Sequence record: PV173770.1
DNA length: 52,373 bases
Reading direction: 5' to 3' (one strand)
From: Pseudomonas phage P7869
Shown here: in pieces, positions 42,694-52,318 of the stretch
Numbering within the stretch: the first letter of the stretch is position 1
How the letters are laid out: each line of letters opens with the position of its first letter
Notes under the pieces: generated by a model
Databases searched by the model: none
Told to the model about the DNA's origin: nothing
Seen by the model: the letters and a program-made list of their open reading frames with translations, nothing else
Position numbers and translations under genes: made by a program

Positions 42694-43582
42694 CTGGCTG
42701 CGGCTTTGGCATGACATGCCGAATGATCCGAAATGGAGAACGATTGCTCGCGTATCCGGGCAACCCGTTGCGTTGGTCCAGGCGGTGTATTTGCATCTTC
42801 TGGTCGATGCGTCACGAAATGTCACGCGCGGTCACGTGACTGTCACGACGGAAGATTTGGCTAGCGCGCTTGACGTGACAGACGAACAGATCGTGAATGT
42901 TATCGACGCGATGCAAGGGCGCGTTCTGGATGGTGATGCCCTCACTGGATGGGATAACCGTCAGCCGAAGCGCGAGGACGCCGGTAACCCTGAAAGAGGC
43001 GCAAAATCTGCTGCTCAGCGTAAAAGGGAGCAGCGCGAACGTGAGCGGGAGGCATCTAAAGTTGATGATGTCACGCAATGTCACGCAGAGTCACGCAATG
43101 TCACGCTAGATAAAGATACAGAAGAAGAGAAAGAGCATAACCCCCCTTACCCCCCTGAGGGGGTAGAGCCGGCTGTGCCGTCTCCGAAGTTCAACCCTCT
43201 GGATGCTTGCCCGGAAAACGTCACGCCATCGGTGTGGGCTGAATGGGTCAAGTGCCGGAGCGAGTTGCGCAAGCCGCTGAAGGAGACCACCTGCAAGGCG
43301 CAAGCGAAGCAGCTTGCAGGCCATCCCAACCCGGATGCAGTGATCCAGGCTTCGATCAGCGCAGGGTGGATGGGGTTGTTCCCTGACTGCGTGAAGTCGA
43401 ACGTCCACCCGATCCGCAAGGGCGCTGTCGTGAACGGGAAAACATACCCGTTCGAAGCGCCGCGTGGTTATGTGACCGAGTCCCACGAGTTCTGGCACGA
43501 CCACCTTCCGAACACAGTCCTGTCGATCTACACGCACGACTACACCTGCAAGCGCCTGCCGGCTGCCGGGGAGGCGCAATGA
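42683..43582 (+). CDS. Replication initiation/organiser protein (lambda O-like role) with embedded origin iterons
   Basis: AAGGAG RBS. N-terminal SWLRLWHDMPNDPKW motif. Two iteron clusters lie inside the gene. Confidence 0.6.
   Translation: MSNSWLRLWHDMPNDPKWRTIARVSGQPVALVQAVYLHLLVDASRNVTRGHVTVTTEDLASALDVTDEQIVNVIDAMQGRVLDGDALTGWDNRQPKREDAGNPERGAKSAAQRKREQREREREASKVDDVTQCHAESRNVTLDKDTEEEKEHNPPYPPEGVEPAVPSPKFNPLDACPENVTPSVWAEWVKCRSELRKPLKETTCKAQAKQLAGHPNPDAVIQASISAGWMGLFPDCVKSNVHPIRKGAVVNGKTYPFEAPRGYVTESHEFWHDHLPNTVLSIYTHDYTCKRLPAAGEAQ
42811..42848. repeat. Iteron cluster 1: 4 x GTCACG at about 10-bp spacing
   Basis: GTCACGaaatGTCACGcgcgGTCACGtgacTGTCACG. Confidence 0.6.
43068..43107. repeat. 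Iteron cluster 2: 4 x (T/A)GTCACGC at exactly 10-bp spacing
   Basis: gatGTCACGCaatGTCACGCagaGTCACGCaatGTCACGCtag. Confidence 0.65.
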
Positions 43583-45408
43583 CCCCCTCTGAGATTGCTC
43601 AGCGCCTCGCTGATCGCGTGATCGACGTTGCGCACCACTTGCTGCCCAGCGGAAAGCGCGAGGGAGCCGAGTGGCGTGTCGGCAGCGTGAACGGCGAAAA
43701 GGGCCAGAGCCTGGGCGTCCACCTCAAGGGCGAGAAAGCCGGCGTCTGGTGCGACTTCTCGACCGGCGAAACAGGCGACCTGTTGGACCTGTGGCGCGCT
43801 GTTCGCGGTTGTGACATGGGCACCGCACTGGCCGAGGCGAAGTCCTACTTGGGCATCGCTGATCCGAAACTCGAAGCGCCCTCTCGCAAGACCTACGTTC
43901 GCCCTGAGCGCCCCAAGTGCAAGGCTCCGGTCGATGAGTCTCCGGTCATGGCCTACCTTGTTGGGCGCGGTCTGAAGCCGGAAACCATTGCCGAGTTCAA
44001 GATCGGCGAGTCTGGCCGAGACATCGTGTTCCCGTACCTGCGGGACGGCGCTCTGATCTTCTGGAAGAAGCTCGGAGTTGATCGCCCCAACGGGAAGAAA
44101 CGGATTTCCGCCTCGGCTGACGCAGAGCCTTGCCTGTTCGGCTGGCAGGCCATTCCCGATGGCGCTCGCGAGGTGACGATCACCGAGGGCGAGATCGACG
44201 CCATGACTGCCTGGCAGTACGGTCGTCCGGCGCTGTCGGTTCCGTTCGGTGGTGGTAAGGGCGAGAAACAGGCGTGGATCGAGCACGAATATTCGCGCCT
44301 GTCCCGGTTCGACGTGATCTACCTCGCCATGGATGACGACGAGCCCGGCAAGCAGGCGACCGAAGAAATCATCAAGCGCCTTGGGCGCGAGCGCTGCCGC
44401 ATCCTGGACCTAGGCTGCAAGGACTTCAACGAAGCCCTGGATGCCCTGTTCTACACCCGCGACGACATCGACGACTGCTACGCCAAGGCCAAGACGCTCG
44501 ATCCCGAGAAGCTGGTAGGGGCTGAGTCGTTCGTTGATGACGTGTGCGCCGAGTTCTTCGAGCGCAACCCCGCAGTCATGGGTATGGCGACCCCATGGGA
44601 GAAGTCCCGCGACATGATCCGCTTCCGCGACAGCGAGGTCACGATCTGGACCGGCTGGAGCGGGCACGGGAAATCCCAGCTCCTGAACTACCTGGCTTTC
44701 CACGGCATGCGCCAGGGCGAGAAGTTCTGCATCGCCTCGATGGAGATGCCTGCCAAGCGGACCTTGCAGCGCATGGTGCGCCAGGCCGCCGGGCTCAACC
44801 AGCCCTCCCGTGGGTACATCCACGCCATCCTGGAGTTCCTGGGTGGTCGACTGTGGATCTACAACCAGATGGGTTCGGCCAACACCGCCGAGATGATCGA
44901 AACCTTCCGCTACGCCGCTCGCCGTTATGGGGTGAAGCAGTTCGTCGTCGATAGCCTGGCGAAGCTGGGGATGGCCGAAGACGACTACAACGGCCAGAAG
45001 CAGGCCATGGAATCCATCGTTGGTTTCGCGCATGAGATGGGCGTCCACGTTCACCTGGTGGCTCACCCGCGCAAGGCAGACGACGAATCCAAGATGCCTG
45101 GAAAGCTCGACGTTCGCGGCGGCGCCATCCTCACTGACCTGGCCGACAACGTGATCACCGTGTGGCGCAACAAGAAGAAGGAGTCCGCGATGAAGGGCAC
45201 CGATGAGGATCAAGCCGAGCACCTCAAGCAGCAGCCGGACGTGAAGATGATCATCACCAAGCAGCGCCTGACCGGTGTCGAGGAAACCATCTATCTCTGG
45301 TTCGACCCCGCATCCGCTCAGTACATGGAGCGCGAAGGGCACAAGCCTCGCCAGTGGATTGAATTTTCCGGGATCACCCAACAACAAGCCGATCAGGAGG
45401 CCGCATGA
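43579..45408 (+). CDS. Bifunctional DNA primase / DnaB-like (SF4) helicase
   Basis: N-terminal Zn-binding/TOPRIM (EGEIDAMTAW...DVIYLAMDDDEPGKQA). C-terminal Walker A GWSGHGKSQ and RecA-like helicase core. Confidence 0.8.
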   Translation: MTPSEIAQRLADRVIDVAHHLLPSGKREGAEWRVGSVNGEKGQSLGVHLKGEKAGVWCDFSTGETGDLLDLWRAVRGCDMGTALAEAKSYLGIADPKLEAPSRKTYVRPERPKCKAPVDESPVMAYLVGRGLKPETIAEFKIGESGRDIVFPYLRDGALIFWKKLGVDRPNGKKRISASADAEPCLFGWQAIPDGAREVTITEGEIDAMTAWQYGRPALSVPFGGGKGEKQAWIEHEYSRLSRFDVIYLAMDDDEPGKQATEEIIKRLGRERCRILDLGCKDFNEALDALFYTRDDIDDCYAKAKTLDPEKLVGAESFVDDVCAEFFERNPAVMGMATPWEKSRDMIRFRDSEVTIWTGWSGHGKSQLLNYLAFHGMRQGEKFCIASMEMPAKRTLQRMVRQAAGLNQPSRGYIHAILEFLGGRLWIYNQMGSANTAEMIETFRYAARRYGVKQFVVDSLAKLGMAEDDYNGQKQAMESIVGFAHEMGVHVHLVAHPRKADDESKMPGKLDVRGGAILTDLADNVITVWRNKKKESAMKGTDEDQAEHLKQQPDVKMIITKQRLTGVEETIYLWFDPASAQYMEREGHKPRQWIEFSGITQQQADQEAA

Positions 45409-45527
45409 AGCGCTGCTGGAAGGTAGTTCTGCCGGGCCGCCCGGCGTTCACGATGATTCTGATGGAGGACTGCGACCCGCTCGCTGTCGTGAAGAGCATC
45501 TGGCCGCAGGGGAGGGTTGAGGCATGA
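45405..45527 (+). CDS. Tiny ORF (40 aa) coupled to helicase stop
   Basis: ATGA overlaps on both ends. Confidence 0.2.
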   Translation: MKRCWKVVLPGRPAFTMILMEDCDPLAVVKSIWPQGRVEA

Positions 45528-45739
45528 AGACCTTCGAACTGATCCGCATGGAAGGCCTTCGCACCTACGGTCGCCAGGTGGAGGCCAATACCTGGCGCGA
45601 AGCCGAGCAGCAATGCCGCGACGGCGAGATCGTAAACGGCGAACTAATCGGTGTGTACGACTGCGATCCTGTTACCGAGGCGGTCTGCACTGCGCGCAAT
45701 GACGTGATGATTGAGCGGATGGAGGTGTGCTGTGGCTGA
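45524..45739 (+). CDS. Hypothetical protein (71 aa)
   Basis: ORF only. Confidence 0.35.
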   Translation: MKTFELIRMEGLRTYGRQVEANTWREAEQQCRDGEIVNGELIGVYDCDPVTEAVCTARNDVMIERMEVCCG

Positions 45740-45962
45740 CAAGAAGATCGACAAGTTCTGGACCTACATGCTGGCGGCAATCATCGGAATGAGTTTCGCC
45801 GCGCTGGCTATCCATCTCTATGACCGATTCTCCGGGAATGGAACAGCCTGGAACTTCTACAGCCCCAACACGGACATGACCTGCCTTGTCGCTCGTAGTC
45901 ATGGGCAGGAAGTTATGGCTTGCCTTCCCGGTGATCGCCGGCAGGAGGCGGACCGTGGCTGA
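45711..45962 (+). CDS. Small membrane protein (83 aa, 1 TM)
   Basis: FWTYMLAAIIGMSFAALAIHLY. Confidence 0.35.
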   Translation: MSGWRCAVADKKIDKFWTYMLAAIIGMSFAALAIHLYDRFSGNGTAWNFYSPNTDMTCLVARSHGQEVMACLPGDRRQEADRG

Positions 45963-46542
45963 ACTCGCTCTCATCCGCACAGCCCAGGGCCTGGTCCCGG
46001 CAACCGAGGCAGATCGCGAAACCGTTCAGAAGTGGAAGGCCGGCCAGGTCGTCCACGGGAAATTCACTCGGATGCGCAATGCCAAGTTCCACGGCAAGTT
46101 CTTCGCCATGCTGGATCTCGCATGGGAGTACTGGGAACCGAAAGGTGGTCTTGTGCCGCGCCAGGAGATGCGTGGCATTCGTGGGCTGGCCAAGTACTTC
46201 GAGGATCTGAATGGGCGTCCTGGCCAATTGCAGAACGCCGTCGCTGCGTACATCGCCAAGCTTGAGGCTGATCGCGCCGACCGCTTCCCGGCGGTCGAGA
46301 AGAGCCGCGAGGCGTTCCGCGAGTGGATCACCATCGAGGCCGGTCACTTCCATCTGATCCACACGCCTGATGGCGTTCGCAAGGAAGCCAAGTCGATCAG
46401 TTGGGCAAGCATGGACGACACGGCTTTTGAGCCGCTCTATCGCGACGTGTTTGCCGCCTGCTGGAGGCTGGTCCTTTCCTCTCACTTCGAAAACGAGGCT
46501 GACGCCATGGCGGCGGCTGATCAGATGGGGTCTTTCGCATGA
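45955..46542 (+). CDS. NinB/Orf-like (or DUF1367-like) recombination-associated protein
   Basis: GTG start with AGGAGG RBS. RMRNAKFHGKFFAMLDLAWEYW loosely parallels the NinB core. Positioned upstream of ninG as in lambda. Confidence 0.35.
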   Translation: MAELALIRTAQGLVPATEADRETVQKWKAGQVVHGKFTRMRNAKFHGKFFAMLDLAWEYWEPKGGLVPRQEMRGIRGLAKYFEDLNGRPGQLQNAVAAYIAKLEADRADRFPAVEKSREAFREWITIEAGHFHLIHTPDGVRKEAKSISWASMDDTAFEPLYRDVFAACWRLVLSSHFENEADAMAAADQMGSFA

Positions 46543-46847
46543 GCAAGTTCAAGGCTGGGGATTTGGCCATGATCATTTCCTGCCAACTGGTTCCTGAACT
46601 GATTGGGAAGACCGTTGAGCTGGTTATGCCTGTTCTGCCAGGCGATGAAGCCAATCATGGCGGAAGAGATTGGCGGAACCAGACGGATCGTCCTGCCTGG
46701 GTCGTCGCAGCTGAAGGGCTGTACGTCCTGACCATCAAGGGAAACCTGGAGCCTGATCAATACACGCTGATGCCTGATCACAAGCTCATGCCCCTGCGCG
46801 GCGACTTCCAGCCCGAGCAGCAGAAGGCGAAGGGGGTGGAGGCATGA
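46539..46847 (+). CDS. Hypothetical protein (102 aa)
   Basis: ORF only. Confidence 0.4.
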   Translation: MSKFKAGDLAMIISCQLVPELIGKTVELVMPVLPGDEANHGGRDWRNQTDRPAWVVAAEGLYVLTIKGNLEPDQYTLMPDHKLMPLRGDFQPEQQKAKGVEA

Positions 46848-47002
46848 GCAGGCGGCAGGTTGCAAAAATTCTGGTGGGCCAGCTTCTGGTCATCGCACTC
46901 GTCATCTACACGCAGACCTCTGCGGCTATCAGCCCATGGATTGTCTCAATGGTTGGGACGGCCACCCTATGGCTTGGCTACTTCGCGGGAGAAGAGCTAT
47001 GA
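46844..47002 (+). CDS. Small membrane peptide (52 aa)
   Basis: ATGA coupling on both ends. Two hydrophobic segments. Confidence 0.3.
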   Translation: MSRRQVAKILVGQLLVIALVIYTQTSAAISPWIVSMVGTATLWLGYFAGEEL

Positions 47003-47228
47003 GCCGCAGCTTGTTCTTCCGCGCCATGCGGAGAGTTCCTGTTCGGCCAAGAGCGCTCATTGTCCTGATGATCATGATCGCCTTTGGCTGGGTGCCGCTT
47101 GTGGTGGCCGTATGCGAGGCAGTCGGCGAAGGGGTTCGGGCCTGCCGGCAGGAATCGTCCAGGCTCTACGGTGACTTCAGCAAAGCTTTCACCGACTGCT
47201 GGAAAGCCTTGGTTTCGGGGGAGTCTCA

Positions 47229-47232
<4 letters not shown>
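46999..47232 (+). CDS. Small membrane protein (77 aa)
   Basis: ALIVLMIMIAFGWVPLVVAVCEAV is a TM segment. Coupled to the ninG start. Confidence 0.3.
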
Positions 47233-47872
<640 letters not shown>

Positions 47873-47873
<1 letters not shown>

Positions 47874-48190
47874 TGAAAACCACCATCTCGATCATCATCA
47901 GCATGACGCTGAGCCTTTCCCTGCTGTCCGGCATCGGCCAGCTATCGCAGTTCGCCTTCTACGTCTGCGTCATCATGAACGTTCTTTCCTGGATCGGGAT
48001 GCTCCTCGGCATGGTCAAGGACGAGGTCAGTGCGGGCATCCGCCGGACCTTCTGGATTCTGCTCCTACAATCCATCTTCTACGTCTATGCCCTGATCTTC
48101 AGCGGGCATCCAATGCTTGGCGCCTCCTCCTTCATGGTGCAGTTCCTGATCGTCGCCACCGCCTTCCGCAAGGAGGCAAAGCCGGCATGA
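47873..48190 (+). CDS. Integral membrane protein (105 aa, 3-4 TM); holin-like candidate
   Basis: Hydrophobic helices. Lies between ninG and the putative late regulator. Confidence 0.35.
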
Positions 48191-48257
48191 CGCTAGCCGA
48201 ATACATCGCCCAGCAATGGGAAATCCTTCGTGAATATGGGCTGATTAAGGGGGAAGC

Positions 48258-48836
48258 ATGATCTACACCAGCATTCGGTCGGCAGTCGTCTCTGCCCTGG
48301 CGGCGGAAACCATCGACAACACTGCAAAGCAAGCCTGGCAGAAGCTCTACCAGCCAGGGTATGCCGACAGTGAGGGTTTAGCTGGGCTGATCAGGGGCTC
48401 GAACACTTCAGGCATCAAGCGCATCGACGCTGATTGCTGGGTGCACGCCCGGCTGCACAGCCAGCTCAAGCCGCGGCACTGGAACGCGCTTGTGGCGAAG
48501 TACAGCACTCACCGCGAGAAGAAGAAGGCCGCAATCGAGGCGCTTATCCCCCTGATCGCCACCCCGGCGCCGCGCAGATTCCTCGGGATGGCAGTCTATA
48601 CCTGGGCTATTCCCAAGCTGAAGGGGGCAGAAGGCAAGCGCTCTACCGACATGATCATTCTCGACGCCGTGTTCTACGACATGAACAACTGGGAATCTGA
48701 AGGCCGCCCCGAACAGACGAGGCGCCGCTGGAGGGCTGGAATCCACAGCGTGCTGAACGAAATGCTCAAGGAGGCAGAGCTGGCTGCGGGTGAAATCCTG
48801 ATGGAGGAGGGCATCATCGTCGGAGAGGCTGCGTAG
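48258..48836 (+). CDS. Hypothetical protein (192 aa); positional candidate for late-gene activator/antiterminator
   Basis: Last gene before a 600-nt leader that ends in an intrinsic terminator. Sequence unrecognised. Confidence 0.4.
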   Translation: MIYTSIRSAVVSALAAETIDNTAKQAWQKLYQPGYADSEGLAGLIRGSNTSGIKRIDADCWVHARLHSQLKPRHWNALVAKYSTHREKKKAAIEALIPLIATPAPRRFLGMAVYTWAIPKLKGAEGKRSTDMIILDAVFYDMNNWESEGRPEQTRRRWRAGIHSVLNEMLKEAELAAGEILMEEGIIVGEAA

Positions 48837-49324
48837 GACTTGCAATCAGTGAGCGTTTGAGCGAGTATTTCCCCATCCTGCCGATCTTGCGCGTTATGAG
48901 GATCGGTAACTCTGAAGCCCTGGCAAATGCCGGGGCTTTTTCGTTTCCAGCCGTCTACGGAGTTCTGCAATGTCTGCCGAATCGAAAGATGTTTGGCTGC
49001 TCAAGGGTATCGGCGGTGGCGCGCTGGTCCTGCTGCTTCTGGTTGGAGCGGTAGTAGTTCTGATCTGAATCCTTCTGGGTTGCGACTACGCGGCCGAGGA
49101 TGGTCAAAGGTGGGACCCGGCCCTACCGCGACCTAATACTCCGGGATCGCCTTGGACACGCAGGCGTTAAAGTGAAGTGGGGGCCGGTGGAAGCCCGGCA
49201 CGGAGTGAATGCGCAGGCTGATGCGCAGCAAGGAATACCCGACTGGATACGATGCTATCCGACACCGCCTTAAGTGGGGGTGACAGCAGGGCCAGTCATG
49301 CCGGAGATCAGCACCGGCCACTCC

Positions 49325-49351
49325 AATAATTCAGAGCCCAGCCTAGCGCTG
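49325..49351 (+). terminator. Intrinsic terminator (GCCCAGC-ctagc-GCTGGGC + TTTCATTT) closing the leader downstream of 48836
   Basis: 7-bp GC stem plus U-rich tail about 90 nt upstream of gene 49441. Confidence 0.6.
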
Positions 49352-49440
49352 GGCTTTCATTTCAGCGGCTAGGGTCATTCCCGAAAAGCAGACTGCTCCA
49401 CTGCCTGCCGCACCTACCCTGGAGCATTTCGGAGCAAGAC

Positions 49441-49947
49441 ATGAGCGACAAGGTTGAAGAGGCCGTGAAGGCCGTTATCAATGGCGTTATCGGTGGTGAT
49501 GCGGTTGCTTTCGCGCGCGGCTTGCGGAAGCTGTCGGAGGCAAGCCCACGCCGGTTCCTCGAGGTCGGCTCTAAGGTTCTCAATCCGTCACGGAATGAGT
49601 ACGTTCACTTCCCGGAAGTTGACCCCCTGTTCGCATTCGACGATACGAAGGTATACGGAGCAGTGCTCACTCCCGTGCCGGATGACTCATTTATTTTATT
49701 TTCAATGAAGGTTCATCTCTCTGGCTCAGGCCTTGACCTGGACGTGGCCCAAGAGATGGTTCGCAAAGAGCGGGCCGAACTCGACGCGCGAGGCGCTGCC
49801 GTGATCGAGAATACGAAGGTGGCGATCGACTCGGCACTGGAAGTGCTATCGGGTCATTCCAATGTTGATCGCAAAGCGCTTGCATATGCGCGAGACGAAC
49901 TCGAACGAGGTATTGTCATGCTGAGGGGCGCAGTCGCCGCGAAGTAA
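49441..49947 (+). CDS. Hypothetical protein (168 aa)
   Basis: ORF has a short low-GC internal patch. Followed by a hairpin and tRNAs. Confidence 0.45.
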   Translation: MSDKVEEAVKAVINGVIGGDAVAFARGLRKLSEASPRRFLEVGSKVLNPSRNEYVHFPEVDPLFAFDDTKVYGAVLTPVPDDSFILFSMKVHLSGSGLDLDVAQEMVRKERAELDARGAAVIENTKVAIDSALEVLSGHSNVDRKALAYARDELERGIVMLRGAVAAK

Positions 49948-49952
49948 CCCTA

Positions 49953-49980
49953 GAGCCCGCTCATGGGCGGGGCTTTCGTT
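49953..49980 (+). terminator. Imperfect terminator-like hairpin (AGCCCGC-tcatg-GGCGGGGCT + TTTCGTTT)
   Basis: Stem has one bulge and is followed by a second GC hairpin. Confidence 0.4.
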
Positions 49981-50035
49981 TCCGCCCGGCTCCTTGCTCT
50001 GCGGGCGTGACGCCGGCTAGTCCGGCACCTATTCT

Positions 50036-50112
<77 letters not shown>

Positions 50113-50123
50113 ACTCGATTCAA

Positions 50124-50198
50124 TGACGTGTAGCTCAGAGGTAGAGCGGTCGGCTGTTACCCGACTGGTCGATGGTTCGATCCCATCCGCGTCAGCCA
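50124..50198 (+). tRNA. tRNA-Asn (anticodon GUU)
   Basis: 75 nt. Starts with U1 as in bacterial tRNA-Asn. Anticodon stem GTCGG/CCGAC, loop CTGTTAC, T-arm GATGG-TTCGATC-CCATC, discriminator G, CCA encoded. Confidence 0.7.
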
Positions 50199-50202
50199 AT
50201 AA

Positions 50203-50278
50203 GCCGGTATGGCGCAACAGGGAGCGCTGCTGATTTGTAATCAGAGGGTTGCGGGTTTGACTCCTGCTGCCGGCACCA
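50203..50278 (+). tRNA. tRNA-Thr (anticodon UGU)
   Basis: 76 nt. Acceptor GCCGGTA/TGCCGGC, anticodon loop TTTGTAA, T-loop TTTGACT (atypical), discriminator A, CCA encoded. Confidence 0.6.
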
Positions 50279-50287
50279 CACTACAAG

Positions 50288-50313
50288 GCCCAGGCAATGA
50301 CCTGGGCTTTCTG
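50288..50313 (+). terminator. Terminator-like hairpin (GCCCAGG-caatga-CCTGGGC + TTTCTG) after tRNA cluster
   Basis: Seen in sequence. Weak U-tract. Confidence 0.35.
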
Positions 50314-50331
50314 CATCTGGAGTACGTGAAT

Positions 50332-50700
50332 ATGGCCGAGCCGAGTGGTGCGGTAGCAGTCGCCGGCCTGGTCGGTATCGGTGCGTCTGCGTTGATCCCT
50401 GGCATTGATGCCAATGCAGTGATCGGGGCTTTTGCTGGGGCTATCTTCTTCGTGGTGTATGCCAAGGACATCTCGGCCTGGGCTCGCCTTGGCTACTTCG
50501 CTGCGTCCTGGATCGTTGGCTACTACGTCGCCGGCGAAGCCATTGGCCGGGAGTGGGCAAGGACATCGGGCCTGGTTGCCTTTGGTGGGGCATTGTTCTG
50601 CGTCGCAGTGGGCACAAGCTTGCTGGAGTGGGTGCAGGGGGGGAAGACGCCTGGTTGGCTCCGCTTCATAGCGGACCGCTTTGGAGGTCGTAATGGTTGA
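50332..50700 (+). CDS. Holin-like membrane protein (122 aa, 3-4 TM)
   Basis: GGAG RBS. Multiple Gly/Ala-rich TM helices. First late ORF after the tRNAs. The ORF-track start 50209 lies inside tRNA-Thr and is rejected. Confidence 0.4.
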   Translation: MAEPSGAVAVAGLVGIGASALIPGIDANAVIGAFAGAIFFVVYAKDISAWARLGYFAASWIVGYYVAGEAIGREWARTSGLVAFGGALFCVAVGTSLLEWVQGGKTPGWLRFIADRFGGRNG

Positions 50701-50977
50701 CCCTTGGACTCTGGTGGCCGCGATGATTTGCGGCGCTATCTGCATGCGTCTGGCGACATACCGTCGTGAAGGCGCGAGGTATCGCCGGGGAGTTTCCTGG
50801 CTCGCCTATCTGCTGTGCGTTGGTAGCGGGTGCTTCGCTCTGAGCGTGATGCTCGATGCGCTCCATGGCTACAGGCTGAATCCTGTCTCCCCCTGGCTGA
50901 CCTTGGTGCTGGCGATCCTGCTTGGTCTTGTCTGTCGCGCTCGGGGGAACCTGGCTCACATCCTGAGGGTGTATTGA
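50693..50977 (+). CDS. Second small membrane protein (94 aa, 2-3 TM); holin/antiholin-like
   Basis: GGAGG RBS 5 nt upstream of ATG 50693. AICMRLATYRREGARYRRG is a charged loop between TM helices. Confidence 0.4.
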   Translation: MVDPWTLVAAMICGAICMRLATYRREGARYRRGVSWLAYLLCVGSGCFALSVMLDALHGYRLNPVSPWLTLVLAILLGLVCRARGNLAHILRVY

Positions 50978-51105
50978 TGACCAAATGCACCTTCTGCAAC
51001 AAGACGCGCGAATGGGCGAAGAAGTGGGCGCGGGTTGCCGTAGAGCGGGCGGCGTCTGCTATCGCCGCCAAGCCGAAGCAAGCTGGAGTTGATGATGAGC
51101 GATAG
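50977..51105 (+). CDS. Tiny CxxC protein (42 aa)
   Basis: ATGA overlap. MTKCTFCNKTREWAKKW. Confidence 0.25.
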   Translation: MTKCTFCNKTREWAKKWARVAVERAASAIAAKPKQAGVDDER

Positions 51106-51397
51106 CCAGAAGTCTCTGTTGGTACTCAGCACCGACTTGGTTCTGTCCCAGGAGAGGGCCGAACAGTTGAGTGAGCGTCTCCAGCCGATAGCGGAGAGCC
51201 TTGGTTGCAAGCCTTTAGTCCTGAGTGGCGGTTTTCAGGTCGGCATCCATAGCGATATCCGCCCACTGCTCGGAGACCTGCTCGGCGAGCAGCGCAAGAC
51301 CAACCAACTGTTGCACCTGCTGATCCAGGCTCTCGCCGAGGATGGTGATGATCCTGAAGCCGCGCCCACCAGCTACTTGAGTGGAGAGCCGATCTGA
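51089..51397 (+). CDS. Hypothetical protein (102 aa)
   Basis: ORF coupled to neighbours. Confidence 0.4.
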   Translation: MMMSDSQKSLLVLSTDLVLSQERAEQLSERLQPIAESLGCKPLVLSGGFQVGIHSDIRPLLGDLLGEQRKTNQLLHLLIQALAEDGDDPEAAPTSYLSGEPI

Positions 51398-51648
51398 TGT
51401 CGGTATTTATGGGATCCGCCAGGGAGACCCAGATAGCTTCTGTCCGGGTGCGCCGCGGCTGGTTTGGCAAGCTGGTTGTTCAGGTTCGCTACAAGATAGA
51501 GCGCCCCGAAAGCCCGATTCCTGGCCGGGAACTGATCTACCACGTATGCGGACTCTCCCCATGGCGAGACGCTAACGCAAATGATCTCGCAGAGTCCCTG
51601 CTGGTCGCGAAGCTCATCGGGATGTCTGAGGAAGGAAAGCCCACATGA
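51397..51648 (+). CDS. Hypothetical protein (83 aa)
   Basis: ORF coupled to neighbours. Confidence 0.4.
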   Translation: MSVFMGSARETQIASVRVRRGWFGKLVVQVRYKIERPESPIPGRELIYHVCGLSPWRDANANDLAESLLVAKLIGMSEEGKPT

Positions 51649-51890
51649 AGAACCGTCCAATTCCTGCTGGCGTCGAGATCAACCCCGGTCGTGCCTGGAC
51701 CCCCGATGACGTAACCGGATACAGCGAAGAAGTAGAGAGCGCGATAAAGATTCTGGAGCCCCTGCTTCGATCTGGTCTCCTGGCTCTCCATCCTGATGAA
51801 TGGCAGGGTGGCAAGCTCTCATTCCTCAGGCCAGCACAAGCCAGGCTTCAAGGTTGGACTCCGCCGAATCAGGAACGCTTCAATGCCTGA
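51645..51890 (+). CDS. Hypothetical protein (81 aa)
   Basis: ORF coupled to neighbours. Confidence 0.4.
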   Translation: MKNRPIPAGVEINPGRAWTPDDVTGYSEEVESAIKILEPLLRSGLLALHPDEWQGGKLSFLRPAQARLQGWTPPNQERFNA

Positions 51891-52197
51891 CCTCCCTCAT
51901 CGCCACACCAAGCCAAAGGCAAAGGGAGTGACCAAGCACGAGGTAGAGGACAAAGCATGGGGGAATGGTCGCGGTGGCAGGCCGTGGCGCCGCAAGCGTG
52001 ATCGCATCCTCAAGCGGGATGGCTACATGTGCCAGTGTGCAGAGTGCAAGGGGATGAAGAGGGTCGCCACGGAGGTGGACCACATCACCCCACTGAGCCA
52101 AGGCGGCACTGATGATGACTCGAACCTGATGGCTATTGCTGGATACCCCTGCCATGCGAGGAAGACGGCAAGGGAGTCGGCAGCATCTAGGAAATAG
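51883..52197 (+). CDS. HNH endonuclease (cos-cleavage accessory of HK97-like terminases)
   Basis: CQCAECKG...VDHITPLSQGGTDDDSNLMAIAGYPCHARKT is an HNH motif. Located immediately before cos and TerS. Confidence 0.75.
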   Translation: MPDLPHRHTKPKAKGVTKHEVEDKAWGNGRGGRPWRRKRDRILKRDGYMCQCAECKGMKRVATEVDHITPLSQGGTDDDSNLMAIAGYPCHARKTARESAASRK

Positions 52198-52295
52198 TCG
52201 GGTTCCCTCAGCGCGCGGACGCGACGATTCTGGATATTTACGAATAACGTCAGTGGTTTTCACTGGATTGGTGCGGTTTGACCGAAAAATCGAGT

Positions 52296-52318
52296 TAAAT
52301 GAGAAAAAGTCTCATTTA
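52296..52318. repeat. Perfect 9-bp inverted repeat TAAATGAGA-aaaag-TCTCATTTA in the cos region
   Basis: Seen in sequence. Followed by the G-rich GGGGTGGGGCGGG and the genome end. Confidence 0.5.

Noticed and set aside
50209-50331. ORF-track start of the holin-like gene at 50209
   Set aside because: That start lies inside tRNA-Thr and the following hairpin. The ATG at 50332 has a GGAG RBS.
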